A stretch of 64,000 nt of DNA, from NCBI RefSeq assembly GCF_006345805.1, contig NC_043003.1, positions 8,494,001-8,558,000 on the forward strand. Reading direction: 5' to 3'. This DNA comes from Octopus sinensis. Taxonomy: Eukaryota. Each line of letters starts with the position of its first letter. Position 1 is the stretch's first letter. Shown here one piece after another: positions 1 through 13,145 of the stretch. The notes beneath the pieces were generated by a model that saw only the letters and a program-made list of their open reading frames with translations, was not told the origin of the DNA and made no database searches. The position numbers and the translations under genes were made by a program.

Positions 1-10
1 TATATACATA

Positions 11-64
<54 letters not shown>

Positions 65-77
65 TGTATGTATGTAT

Positions 78-268
78 GTAGGGAGAGTTTACGAAAAAAT
101 CAAAAGACGAAGACAGGTGGTGTACAAAACAAACAGATGTATTAGTATAACGCCTAGGAATAGAAAAAGTCTTTTACGTTTCGAGCCTACGCTCTTCTAC
201 AGAAAGGGACACAGAAAAAAAAAACAAGGAGAGAAACAAAATGTGTGTAGTGGCTACCGATCTATCAT
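78..268 (-). mobile_element. Short non-coding repeat next to a (TATG)n tract, carrying a minimal hammerhead-like motif (Penelope/retrozyme-like)
   Basis: Minus strand 206-171 reads CTTT-CTGTAGA-A-GAGC-GTAG-GCTC-GAA-ACGT-A-AAAG: stem I, core with A6U, stem II, and palindromic stem III. Confidence 0.55.
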
Positions 269-355
269 ACATATATTTTTGTGCGCAACATATACACAAA
301 CACTTATAATATAGTTATAAACAGATATACAGACAGTTAGGCACCTAGAGATATT

Positions 356-405
<50 letters not shown>

Positions 406-3400
406 AATTTTATCTTAAATTTGATATTTCAGTGTAAAGTTTTAAATGTTTTATAGAAATATAACCAAAGAATAATCATATTCATGTTAATAACAACAGT
501 AATAACAACCATATCGTAATGATAGCAACACTAATGATCATAACAATGAAAGCAGCAACCACAACCACCACCACTACCACCACTACCACAACAACAACAA
601 CAATAACAACAAAAGATACAATTGTAATACTAATGATTATATAACAGAATTCCTTCGAGTTATTAGGATAATTAATCTAGAGGTTACACTAATTACTTAG
701 AACATTATACATACATATACAATAATATATATAGTTTTGTTTATATTATTCGGTTTAATTATGCTGTTATTGATGGTAATTTGCAATGCCTTCACAAATA
801 TCTAAAATTCGTTATTTTGTAGCATCTTTTGTAGTTATTGTTTGTTATGTTAATAGATTCTTCGCGATTTTATTTACGCAAACGAAGCTGAAATAGTTTA
901 TTCAAATCCAATCTATACTTCCGTAGTCATTATAATAATGAAACCACTCTAGAGTTAATTAAACAAGTCAAAGGCAAACTTAATTTGGCATAAGACTTTC
1001 TTTTCCTTTTTCTTTCATTTTATTATTTTATATTTTTATGTATTTTTGTTTTGTTTTGGTTATTTTATTCTGCTTTATTGCATTGCGTACGGCTGAGATT
1101 AATCTGATAAATGTATCTTAGTTTTGTCTGAAAATACGAAATCTCAGAATATACTTTTATTTATTTATTTTATTTGTGTTTGTCTTCTTATTAAAGTCTG
1201 CAATATTTTGGTCAACAAGAAAATAATAAAACTTCGTTGTTTGTTGTGAAAATCAATTAGCCCCATTTTTCAGGTCTGTAGAATTCAACAGCCTGTAGCA
1301 TCTAACCTCACCTCTATTGCTAAAACTACTTTAATTCAACATACACATATGTGCATATGAATATTAGCACACACACAAAAACGCATATAGACAAACACAC
1401 ATACACACGCACACGCATATAAAACTGCATACATAATATGGCGCCGTCGGCAACAAGTGTTCTCTTAGAGACTTCATTTAAAAATTTTGTTCTTCAGCTT
1501 TTTCTTTTACCATTGAATTGACCTAACCCGACCAACATTCGTAACATACATTTTCTTGTTATTTACATAAGAGAAACAGTTTTATAACTGAATATTTTAA
1601 TGTTATTTAGATTATATAAAATTATTTCCAGCTTGTGGAAATTCGCGGCAACAATCATGGTTGCCACTAGTAACAATAATACCATTTCTGTCATCAACAA
1701 TTCTACGAAATTTGTGAACTATCAAAACATTTAGATATGAACTATCAGAAAGTCCTTGAAAACCACATCAAGCACTTAAAATAATACTGGGTTTAACATA
1801 AACCCAAGCGCAATCCACTTCATAAATGATAGCAATGATGATTTTCGTCCTTCGTGAGGAAGCTGACCGACATACCGTCGACTTCGTCTCTATCATCACT
1901 ACCAAATTCTTATTTAAATTTTCTTTAGGCGATGTATCTACATTACGTATGATACACAAATGACTGTTATATAGCCCCGTGTAAAATTAATCTGAGAGAG
2001 ATGAATGTGGAATATCTATAAATTACAATGAATTTCCGACTAGAATTTAAGGGAGAATTCTTCAAAAATTCTTGAACATTTTTTGCGGCCAATAAACGGT
2101 TCTTGACATTAGTTAAAAACTCACAACCATTCTGGATATAAAAGTAATCGATGATATCCTTAAAGATGACATGAAACTGCGATAATACAAATTCAAACAT
2201 CAATTTGAATTTCTTATATAAACACCATCAAAATATTTGTATTATATTTGGTAATGGAATTATTCAAACTAAGCACTCTCAATGGATTACAAAGCTAGAA
2301 GAAAATACTAACAACACTCTTAGTAGAATTGGTAAGATGGTTACATTATCATAAGGTACACAATCATAAATACATCATATCCCAACTAAGAAGAAACAAA
2401 TTGATTAAAACGGCGGAAGTTCTGTCTTCAACTCTTGAGGTGTAATTAACTGTCTTAAACTATGATGACATGAAGTTGGGTGAGAAAACTCGCTTTTGAA
2501 AACGAAATCATCAATGAATGTGTCTCGCGCTTAATTGTGGATGAAAGTCAAATCCTCCCTCTGAAAAGAGCCCTTTCAAGGAGACCAGAAGTTATTTTGG
2601 TCAAAGATATTAATTGAAAAATTAGGATGACAGCCATAATGTATCATGAGTGAATACAATCAAGAATAAATATTGAAAAACACTAGTAGTTAAAATATAT
2701 ACAACTGTCTCCAGAATGCGTACAAAGGTTATGAGAAAGCTATATAATACGAAGGCTGCAAGTAGAGGACAACGTTCTACTGAACAGCTGTTACGTGTAT
2801 ATTAGATATAACTACAGAATAACAAATTGACATATCATGCTTGCCTAAACATTATGCATAACCTTTGAGGAGGCTCTTTGTATGAATCCTTTTGCGATCA
2901 TCGATATTCTAAGTAGCTGATGAGCAAGCAACTGGAAAGAGAGGAGTGGTGTTTAATGGTGCTGAAAACAGTTAATTAGTACAGGTGAGCTCTCGAAGTA
3001 AAACAAATAAAAAGGCAAAGTTTTATCCTCGTCGAAATATGGTTTGATATGAAAAATTATGTCTGGCTCTATCTATTATCATGTTTCGAATGGCTGCATT
3101 ATATGATTCTGGTAAATACGGAACTTGCTATCTATTCTGTTGCTATTAATAGGCTTACACAACCTGGTTAAATAACTGTTTCTTTACTATCCACAAGGGG
3201 CTAAAAACCTGGTTAAATAACTTCAGCTGTGTAACTAAAAGTACACCTGTGTTCTCTGATATAAATCTTTTGAATGAAAATATTATGGAAACCGCAGCTT
3301 TTACCTTTACTTACCTCAGCACTAAGTCCACGCAAAGGGCTACTAGGAGGACATAGGTAAAATAAATCAAGTCTTCCAAACGCAAGAATAAGTATGCCAT

Positions 3401-4154
3401 TCAGCAAAAAAAATACACTCATATCTTCATCCAATAATTTTTTACGGGTATTCAAATTCAATTAATAATGGAAAAATTTCATATGAAAATAATGAATTGA
3501 AAGTTAATGGAAAATTCAGGAAAAATGTTTAGTTGTCATTCTTAATAAAATAATTTTTCTTTAAACGTCATAGCTGCTAAGAATTTAACACAGTCTAAAA
3601 CGGATCAATTTTGATGTTTTCGGTGTGTTTTTTGGGATTATGATACTTTTGGTGAGTGGATTTGTAGAGGAGATCTACTGAGAAATCAGGAAAATTGTGT
3701 ATTTTTAGGAATACTATTTAGATGTTATGATTTATACAGAAGGTAGAACATGTAGAGATTCCCATTTGGTATACGCGGCAGAATGCACGAAACACAACTT
3801 GATTTATTGGTTGTGCAACAGAACAACTAAGCAAAATATTTCATGGAGACAGATATGACGTCGGGCGCAATAACAGTGGTCCGAAAGAACTTTCAGAGCA
3901 TTTTGCTTCAAACGGCTGCAATTTTGGAAAAAGACTTGAAAGTTCATATTCTCAGAAAGTATTCTGAATCTGCTTCACTTTCAATACATGTGGAGAAACA
4001 TGTTTGCGAGTTATTAACACCACGCCTTGGGGGAATGTGGAGGAATGGATAAAATGATAGAATATCATCAAATTTATACAAAACTGTTTGATTAAATGTT
4101 GTTTTTTCCTTTCTTTCTTTCTTTTTTCAGCTTCTTTCTTTTCGACAGTTATAA

Positions 4155-4200
<46 letters not shown>

Positions 4201-4216
4201 TAATAATAATAATAAT

Positions 4217-4615
4217 AACCAGGTGAGCATGTCCCTTAGTGGCTGACGATATGTGCATCTCTGATCACGAGCAGAAGTAGTGGGGGAGCATCATAGCCAT
4301 GTGTGGAGAGGGATTCTTTGGGTTTGAATAGTTCACCTCTGGAAACATGGGTGGTTCTTTCAACATCCTTAAACAACCCTTATTCAGGGACCGTTTGAGC
4401 GGGATGGGCTACTCAACCTGAAGAAAATTCTAATTGGGCCCCACCTGCAAGGTCATGTGCTGTTTAATTTGATATGAGATTACCATGTCGCGCACATATG
4501 GTTGTGATGCATGTGCCTGGTGTACCTTTATCAGACGGGTAGTCATGATGGGTATATTGGGCTTCGTATATTTTACCCCAGTGTCACTTTGATGGCATGA
4601 ACTGCTCTCTCACTC
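4217..4615 (+). mobile_element. Repeat family A copy 1 (5'-truncated, (AAT)n-tailed; probable 3' end of a non-LTR element)
   Basis: Near-identical to 5074-5543 and 17744-18211. All three end CTCTCTCACTC-(AAT)n. Confidence 0.7.
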
Positions 4616-4672
<57 letters not shown>

Positions 4673-4682
4673 TAATAATAAT

Positions 4683-5022
4683 GTGGTGACCCCCTTCGGT
4701 CAGACACAGACCATGGGTTTGCACCTAGAGAGTTACCCTCCCAGGCACAAGTCCGGGCAAGGTTGTTTATGGAAGACCAGCAGTTACCCATGCATACCAA
4801 CCTCCCCTCTTCACGCTACAGATGTTATCCAAGGGAAAGGCAAGGGCCGATACAGTTTGGCACCTGTGACGTCGCAACTCATTTTTACAGCTGAGTGAAC
4901 TGGAGCAATGTGAAATAAAGTGTCTTGCTCAAGAACACAACACGCAGCCCGGTCCGGGATTCGAGCTCACAACCTCACGATCGTAAGCTCGACGCTCTAA
5001 CCACTGAGCCACGCGCCTTCAC
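4683..5022 (-). mobile_element. tRNA-derived SINE (family B)
   Basis: Minus-strand head GGCGCGTGGCTCAGTGGTTAGAGCG...GCTCGAATCCC has A/B boxes, followed by a TTCTTGAGCAAGACACTT central domain. Near-identical copy at 18266-18605. Confidence 0.85.
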
Positions 5023-5024
5023 TA

Positions 5025-5073
<49 letters not shown>

Positions 5074-5543
5074 TGGTATAAAAGATGGGCTACAGCAAAT
5101 ATTCTGCTCAATACCACAGATTTGCTTGTCAGTTGTTTGACCTTAACCAGTTGAGCATGTCCCTTAGTGGCTGACAATATGTGCATCTCTGATCACGAGC
5201 AGAAGTAGTGGGGGAGCATCATAGCCATGTGTTGAGAGGGATTCTTTGGGTTTGAATAGTTCACCTCTGGAAACATGGGTGGTTCTTTCAACATCCTTAA
5301 ACAACCCTTATTCAGGGACCTTTTGAGCGGGATGGGCTACTCAACCTGAAGAAATTTCTAACTGGGCCCCACTTGCAAGGTCATGTGCTGTTTATCTTGA
5401 TATGAGATCATCATGTCGCGCACATATGGTTGTGATGCATGTGCCTGGTGTACCCTTATCAGACGGGTAGTCATGATGGGTATATTGGGCTTCGTATATT
5501 TTACCCCAGTGTCACTTTGATGGCATGAACTGCTCTCTCACTC
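5074..5543 (+). mobile_element. Repeat family A copy 2
   Basis: Direct similarity to copies 1 and 3, flanked by (AAT)n. Confidence 0.7.
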
Positions 5544-6360
5544 AATAATAATAATAGTCACGGCCAAATCCTTATACACTTTGCACATTTATTCAACAAA
5601 TACTTATACAGATTTATATTGTTGACGTATGTGTTTGGAAATTACTTCATAATGAAACAAAGAGAAAACAATGTTTTCCATTAGTTTTGTCTAAAGCGAG
5701 AGCAAGGTCATTATTAATAGGTGTGATGGAACTTGTTCAATAAAATTAGATGAAGAGAGAATCAATGTGTTCTTACCGTTTTTCATCGATCGCTTCTTGT
5801 TTCGTGTAATGTTGCTTTCATAAAAATTAATTGTAGAGGTGTTCTCAAATAATGTTGAAGAGTAGAAGTCAAAAGTTTATTTATATTTTATATTATTAAT
5901 GTAATTTTAGTTCAGACAATTCGACAATATCCTGTAATTTTATCAATTTATTATTTGCCAAGTATATGAATTGTAACCTTGGAAACTGATAGTTCTGAGA
6001 AAATTCGTGTGAAAATTTCTCATACGGTTTGAATAGTTCTTTTCTTTTTGTTTGTATCGTTTTTCGCTTGGTGTTTACATAATAAGCGACATATGTGATT
6101 CTAGTAATTAAAGAGGGGCACTAGATCGTATACTACAATTTTAGTAAATGAAGTTCTATTTATTAGTACTGGTTAGTTTAATGTGGAGGTTATTCATGAG
6201 ATGATTCTATCGAGAATGCCCTTCTATGTAGGCGCAAATATAGCACTGTGGTTAAGAAACTAAATTTGCAAACAAATGGTTCGTCGGGTTCGGCCCTACC
6301 GCTTTGGGGCGAATAATGCCTTGGGATTGAACTTATAGACGGAAAAATGTGAGAAAACCC

Positions 6361-6510
6361 AAGGCGGCGAGCTGGCAGAAATGTTAGCACGCCGGGTGAA
6401 ATGCGTAGCCGTATTTCGTCTGGGGGTCGATATAATTGACTTAATCCGTTTGTCTGTCCGTGTTTCTTCTCTCTGTGTTTGGCTCCTTGTGGGTAGTAAA
6501 GAAATAGAAA
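6361..6510 (+). mobile_element. SINE family C fragment (AAGGCGGCGAGCTGGCAG head), internally deleted
   Basis: Same head and tail as the copy at 49834-50575. Confidence 0.7.
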
Positions 6511-6992
6511 TGTGAGAAAACCCAGCGTGAAATTCGCAAGCACATCAGGCAAGATTTAAAAACGAGTAAACAATAACTTGTTTAGTAATCCATTGGTTTT
6601 CAACAAGTGAAATTACAAATCCGAATACTAATATATAATATGCTCAAAGGTCCCGAATCTGTTAATCAAGAATAGCATATAGTTTGTAGGGGGTTGCACG
6701 GTGTATTGTAGAATCTAGTTGTATAAAAACATCTATCGAAACCGTTGTAACAACACTTGAAAACTGTTCGTTTATTTTTAATATTATTTTATACCACACA
6801 CAAAGTTTCATTCTTCGTTGGATACTATGAATATCGTTGGAATTGCGAATTACCTAACAATAGTGTGTTTATTCCATCAATGCTTTCAACGCGGGGATCA
6901 ATTCGTTGCATTAAAATTCTTCAAGGCATTGTTCCAACATGGCCGCAGTCTAATTACTGGAACAAGTAAAAGCTAGAAAATAAAACGTATAT

Positions 6993-7325
6993 AACAATTG
7001 CAGCGTGGAAGGTGTTTGTAAGCCATTAGAGAAACACACAAAAGCCGTTCGATTCACTTCAACATTTAAGTTTAATTTGTCAAAATATTTTCGTCACTAA
7101 AATCCGCGACCTGTTCACTGACAAGAATCCGTGTCAGTGAACAGGTCGCGGATTTTAGCGACGAAAATATTTTGACAAATTAAACTTAAATGTTGAAGTG
7201 AATCGAACGGCTTTTGTGTGTTTCTTAAATGGCTTACAAACACCTTCCACGCTGCAATTGTTTTCGTTTCAGCACACGATCTCAGATCAAATCACTTGCT
7301 ATGCGAGTACATCTCCGTAAAAGAT
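6993..7325. mobile_element. Palindromic element (~130-bp arms) with one hammerhead-like motif per arm (G3:C8 variant)
   Basis: 6993-7123 is the near-perfect reverse complement of 7132-7262. The element abuts (TA)n. Confidence 0.75.
7132..7177 (+). ncRNA. Putative minimal type I hammerhead ribozyme, core GUGAACA
   Basis: TGTCA-GTGAACA-G-GTCGC-GGATTTTA-GCGAC-GAA-AATATT-T-TGACA. Mirror copy on the minus strand at 7078-7123. Confidence 0.55.
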
Positions 7326-7330
7326 ATATA

Positions 7331-7396
<66 letters not shown>

Positions 7397-7708
7397 TTTA
7401 TTTAAAGCAGCAGAAAATTCAACAAAACCTGTTACTCTGAGTTTCCCGTTGCTGTTCATCGGACAGTTTTTGCTAGAATATATATATATATATATTTTAT
7501 TTAAAAGCAGCAGAAATTTTTAAAAAACTGTTACTCTGAGTTTCACGTTCCCGTTCGTCGGACAGTTTTGTCCGACGAACGGGAACGTGAAACTCAGAGT
7601 AACACGTTTTGTTGAATTTCTGCTGCTTTTAAATAAGGCATATTACTCTAACCCTGGTATTTGAGTACTCTTTTTTCCATCCTGTTTCACATTTATGTGT
7701 TTACTCCA

Positions 7709-7710
<2 letters not shown>
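7397..7710. mobile_element. Palindromic/tandem element in (TA)n with three minimal hammerhead-like motifs (U4C variant)
   Basis: Inverted arms ~7497-7565 and ~7569-7637, plus an extra minus-strand copy at 7397-7466. Confidence 0.7.
7569..7604 (+). ncRNA. Putative minimal type I hammerhead ribozyme, core CCGACGA
   Basis: TGT-CCGACGA-ACG-GGAA-CGT-GAA-ACTCAGAGT-A-ACA, with a GUA cleavage triplet. Confidence 0.6.
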
Positions 7711-7773
<63 letters not shown>

Positions 7774-7814
7774 ATATATATATATTTATTTATATATGGA
7801 TGTATGTATGGGTA

Positions 7815-8205
7815 GATGGATGATGGCCGTCCACTCGTGACCGAGGAAGACCATTGCTGACCTTTAGGAACATTGTGGGCTCTAGGACTAACTTATATTT
7901 TGCATTTGCGGCTCTGTTGGTGGCTAATGAGCCCTGCTCTTGAGAAGCATACACAACTGCAAACATTGTAATCCAAGCTTCCCCATTCACTACACCAACA
8001 GTGCGCTTTCGGGCAGCACACTTAAGTTCTTCATGCAGAATACGTGCTCTCTCAAAGGTGTCGACCCTTTCCTTAACCTGCTTCCTCCATCTGTGGCGAC
8101 GGCATGCATTACTCACTCAGTCAGTCTCCTGCATATCACAGGTTCTGGCAAATATTCTTCTTACCCGCCTGAATGTGTGTCTCGTAAATTGTCCTATCTG
8201 AACTT
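7815..8205 (-). mobile_element. RTE-clade LINE, 3' end of ORF (decayed)
   Basis: Peptide ...NACRRHRWRKQVKERVDTFERARILHEELKCAARKR resembles RTE C-termini. Confidence 0.7.
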
Positions 8206-8211
8206 CAATGT

Positions 8212-9340
8212 GGCTTCCGATCTGGTAGAGAGACAATGGATATGAGTTTCACCGCAAGGCAGATGCAGAAGTGCTATGAGCAGAATATGGATCTTGTCCA
8301 GGTATTCATCGATTTAACGAAGGCCTTTGATACTGTGAATAAGGTCTTGCTATGAAAAATACTTGGCCAACTTGGATGTCCAGATCACTTTGTATCTATA
8401 ATTAAATCATTTCATGGTGGGATGGAGGCTTGGGGCAATGTTGGTGGTGGTATGTTGGGACCCATTCCTGTAGAGAATAGTGTCAAGCAGGGTAACATCC
8501 TTGCCCCAACTCTCTTTTCTTTGTACTTTGCTGCTGCTTTTACTCATGCTTTTGCTAAGGTTAGCTCTCTGGAAATATATGCCAGATAGCGATCTTCTGT
8601 TCACTTCTTTAATCTGCGGGAATTTGCTGCCAATTCAAAAGTTTTCCAGTCTCTTATTCGTGACCTCCTTTACGCAGATGACTATGACTTAGTCACTCAT
8701 ACAGCTGGATGACATGCAAATACTTAGGAATCTTATTTCTGCTTCTTGCAAGGCATTTGGACTCAGAATTAGCCTCGACAAGACCGTTGTAATGTTCCAG
8801 CCTGCACCAGGAAATCCATATGTGGTTGAATCCATATCTTGGTTGAAGGAATAATTCTGTAAGTGGTAGACAAGTTTATCTACCTGAACAGCACACTCAG
8901 GCAGTTTTCCTCCCTAGGTGTGAAATATCTTTCAGGCTGCAGCGAGCAACTTGTTCCTTCCGGTCTCTTCAGTCTCGTATCTGGTCCCAGCATGGCATCA
9001 CAAGGCAAACAGAAATTGCTGTGTACTGTGCATGTATACTGACACCACCCCTTTACTCTTGTGTACATGGACTCTTTACAAACGTCATATAAGAGTCCTT
9101 GAACGCTTTCATCAGAGATGTCTCAGACACATTCTGAATGTTGGCAGGACCTTAAAATCTCCAGACACACAGGTCCTGAGGACAGCTGATATCTTGCGTA
9201 TTGAGGCGATGGTGTAGAAGCACTGGTTACGTTGTACTGGACACCTTATTAGAATGAAGGATAGCAGGGTCCCTAAGCAGTTGCTATATGGGGAACTTGT
9301 GAATGGAAAGAGACCCCGGCAGAAACCAGGGCTTCGATTT
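8212..9340 (+). pseudogene. RTE-clade LINE reverse transcriptase, decayed and inverted relative to its 3' end
   Basis: Motifs FIDLTKAFDTV, VKQGNILAPTLFSLYF, LLYADD, LERFHQRCLRHIL and RVPKQLLYGELVNGKR, with stops and frameshifts. Confidence 0.9.
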
Positions 9341-9443
9341 TATATGCATGGATACATACACACACATACGCACACACACACACACACACACGTAATTATA
9401 ATCTTTAATATAGTCACACACGTGTGTGTGTGTGTGTGTGTGT

Positions 9444-9485
<42 letters not shown>

Positions 9486-10049
9486 TGTATGGTTGTTGTG
9501 ATTGTGAGTTATAGCGTCCAGAAAGTTGATGGAGTTGAAAGAGTTTATTATTCCTAAGCCTATTTCAATATGAATATGTAACTGACGTCACAGGTGCAAC
9601 GATCATCTTCTTCAGTTAGGCTAGGGCTGACTTAGAGATAAACAGGATTTAGAATTAGACGAGTAGATATGAATGTTACCAACATCTGTCCTGTTGACTA
9701 TATTAAAGCCAGATTATAATTGCCGAGAGATTTGGATAACATCTTACTTTGATTGCATTATATGTAAGTCTCAGCCATAATTTCTTTCTTTGTGCGTACA
9801 GGTTTGTCGATATTCTATCAAAATACTATCTATATTACTGGTATATTCTTATACATTTATCAGACATCAGAAATATGTTCAGACATATGAAATTTTTGAG
9901 AACATCGCATCTATCTCTACACTTCAACCAGGATATAATAATTCTGTTTTATTTATTCAAGACCAGCAGTCCTACTTGAGAACTATGTCAAGGGGTACAC
10001 GTGACTTCGGAATACTCAATCGATTTGAATTCTAATTCAATAAGTATAT

Positions 10050-10390
10050 TCTTTGCTACTCTAGGCACAAGGCCCGAAATTTTGGGGGAGGGATCCAGCC
10101 GATTACAAATTACCCCAGTACGCAACTGGTACTTAATTTAATTCAATGAGTATATTTATTTCTTTATTGCCCACAGGGGGCTAAACATAGACGGGACAAA
10201 CAAGGACAGACAAACGGATTAAATCGATTATATCCCCACAGTGCGTAACTGGTACTTAATTTATCGACCTCGAAAGGATGAAAGGCAAAGTCGACCTCGG
10301 CGGAATTTGAACTCAGAACGTAACGACAGACAAAATACCGCTAAGCATTTCGCCCGACGTGCTAACGATTCTGCCAACTCGCCGCCTTAT
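10050..10390 (-). mobile_element. SINE family C (Meta-domain-like GCCTTTCATCCTTTCGAGGTCGATAAA)
   Basis: Reverse complement of the family C head and central domain. Confidence 0.8.
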
Positions 10391-10879
10391 TTAATTCAAT
10401 GAGTATATTTTCCAGCTGTTTGAGCATCTGGACACTCATAAAAGAAATCATTATAATCTTCACAAATATAACTGACATTGATTCTATAAAATTGGAAATA
10501 TTTTATTAATTGCTTGAGCGTACCAGTTGGAAAAATTATTTTAATCAAACTAAACGTGTTTGGAAATTCGAATTTCTGTGATTAAAATATTGCTTGCTGA
10601 ATTAATGGTGGTCATAATATCTACGATAATGATGATAACTCTCATTCTGTCTTGCACCGTAGCAGTTATTTAAAATCTAAATAACGACCATATCTAGATA
10701 CTGGTGATGCATGTCAAAAGTGAAAGCTCAACATATGTTTCTTTAGTTTATATCAAAAAGTTGAACCCCTAAAGTCTACGGAATTTTTTGCATTACTGAG
10801 ATACAAAATAAGATTTCCAGCCGACTTAGTCATCCTTAGATAAGAGCTACGTGATGACTGCTTTACAGAATTTAATCTA

Positions 10880-11150
10880 CCCAATTTAATCGTTATGCAT
10901 ATTGGTCACTTAGTTTAAAATGGATGATAATCATCTACCTAAGGACCTCTTCTATGGTCACTATAGCCCTTGTGCCAGGCACCAAGGCCGACCACGGCAC
11001 CGTTATACGGACACTTTTAAGACTTATTTAAATTATTTAAAAACCCGCAAGATATGGAGATCCTACGTATTGAATAAAGACCAATTGACGAGCTCTTGTC
11101 CTAATCCATCTCTGATGTAGAGGGAGGCAAGATCAATATCAACAACAGGA
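10880..11150 (+). mobile_element. RTE LINE C-terminal fragment
   Basis: MDDNHLPKDLFYG...GRPRHRYTDTFK matches the RTE post-RT motif. Confidence 0.65.
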
Positions 11151-11194
11151 AAAGATCTCAGCGTAGACCCCGGTCCAAGTTATATTCCTTTATT

Positions 11195-11432
11195 TCTTTA
11201 CTCTTTTACTTGTTTCAGTCATTTCACTGCAGCCATGCTGGAGCACCACCTTTTAGCCGAACAAATCGACCCCAGTACTTATTCTTTGTAATCCTAGTAC
11301 TTATTCTACGGGGACGTAAACACACCAGCATCGCATGTCAAACGTTGTTGGTGGGGAGGCAAATACAGACATAAACACACACACGCACACATACGCACAC
11401 ATACACACACACACACACACGCACACACACAC

Positions 11433-11494
<62 letters not shown>

Positions 11495-11662
11495 AATATG
11501 CTTCGGGCTTCTTTCAGTTTCCGTCTACCAAATCCACTCACAAGGCTTTAGTCAGCCCGAGGCTATAGTAGAAGACATTTGCCCAAGGTGACACGCAGTG
11601 CAACTAAACCCAGAACCATGTGGTTGGTAAGCAAGCTATTTACCACACACCCACTCCTGTGC
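11195..11662 (-). mobile_element. tRNA-derived SINE family D with an internal (TA)/(TG) microsatellite
   Basis: Reverse complement of the 15829-16235 element. Confidence 0.85.
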
Positions 11663-12506
11663 CTATAATAAAGAAAACATTTCTGCAACGTCTTCAACCG
11701 GATTTGCAAATCCCGTATAGTTTTGAGTTCCAACGAGGCGACACGATAAAACGTTGAGCTACGAACCGAACACTGAATAACTGTGTCCTGCTCAACGCTC
11801 ATCTGTCGAAGTGACGGGAGTCCAACGCATGGGTCTATAAATATACAATATCTTTTATAGTTACGAGGCATCACGACATAAAAACAACACGTCTTTTTTA
11901 ACATCACAAGAAAAGAGATACATTCATATAACTTGAGACGATTTACAAGAAAAGCCCTTTCTAATTATCTTTTTAGTTGCAATGAACTTCTAAGCAAAAT
12001 AACACTTCAGTGTTTGTTTTGTCCCAAGGCAGCCCAATCGATTCTATTTATGATAAAAGACGTTCTGTCCTTCATCGCCTTCCTTTGTTTTATTTCTAGA
12101 TTACCTTGCTCAATATATGGTTCTTTATTCAGGATGATATAGGATGTTACTTTATGGATATTTAGCTGTTATATCTAGAAGTTGAATTGAACCTATACAA
12201 GCTCTTTAATTGGCTTATAAACTGGTCTTCTCTCATAAGAAGGGGGTGTGTTTAATCGGTTGAGAAATAATTGCTTAGCGACTCTGAATTAACCAAATGA
12301 AGCAGCGATATCGTAATTTGAACACTGAATTGTTATCCATTGATTGTAGAGAGAATATGGATTAACGAATACATAACGTGTAAGGAAAGATAATTGAACT
12401 ACTTATAGCATTATTACTATAATTAATACTAATAAAACAGATGGAAAGGAAAAAAAGAGAAGCTTTATAAGAACTACCTGTTAGGAAATATTCTTTTATA
12501 AGATTA

Positions 12507-13145
12507 CAGGCGTGTCTGGGTGGTAAGACGTTTGCTTCCCAACCACTTGGTACCAGGTTCCGTCCCACTGCATGGCACCTTGGGCGAGTGTTTTCTGCTA
12601 TTGCGAGTGGATTTGGTTGACGGAAACTGAAAGAAGCCCATCGAGTGTGTAAGTATATATATGTATGAGTGAATGTGTATGCGTGTGTGTGTATTCATGT
12701 GTGTGTGTGTGTCCTTATGCCTGTATTTGTCCCCCATCACCACTTGGCAGCTGGTGTTGGTGTGCTTACGTCCCCGAAAGCTAAAGGTTCGGCAAACATA
12801 GGCCGGTTAAGCTTTTTTTTTAAAAAAAAGCTTTTTCAATAAAAGTCCTGGGGTCAATTCATTCGAATCGAGACGGTGCTCCAGCATGGCCGCAGTCAAA
12901 TGACTGAAACAAGTAAAAAATATAGGAATAAAGACTATGTGAGCGTGTGTGTGTGTGTGTGTGTGTGTGTGGTGTCTTTGTTGGTGTGCTCACGTTCTCG
13001 TAACTTAACGATTCGGCAAAAGTGATTGATAAAACAAGCACCCGGCTTTACAATAATAATTACCGGGGTCTGCTCGTCCCACTAAAATTCTTCAAAGGGG
13101 TGCCCCAGCATGGCCTCAGCCTTGTGACTGAGACAAGTGAACATT
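12507..13145 (+). mobile_element. SINE family D copy plus an additional 3' fragment
   Basis: GTGGTAAG...GGTTCCGTCCCACTGCATGGCACCTTGGGC head and CAGCATGGCCGCAGTCAAATGACTGAAACAAGTAAAA tail. Confidence 0.8.
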
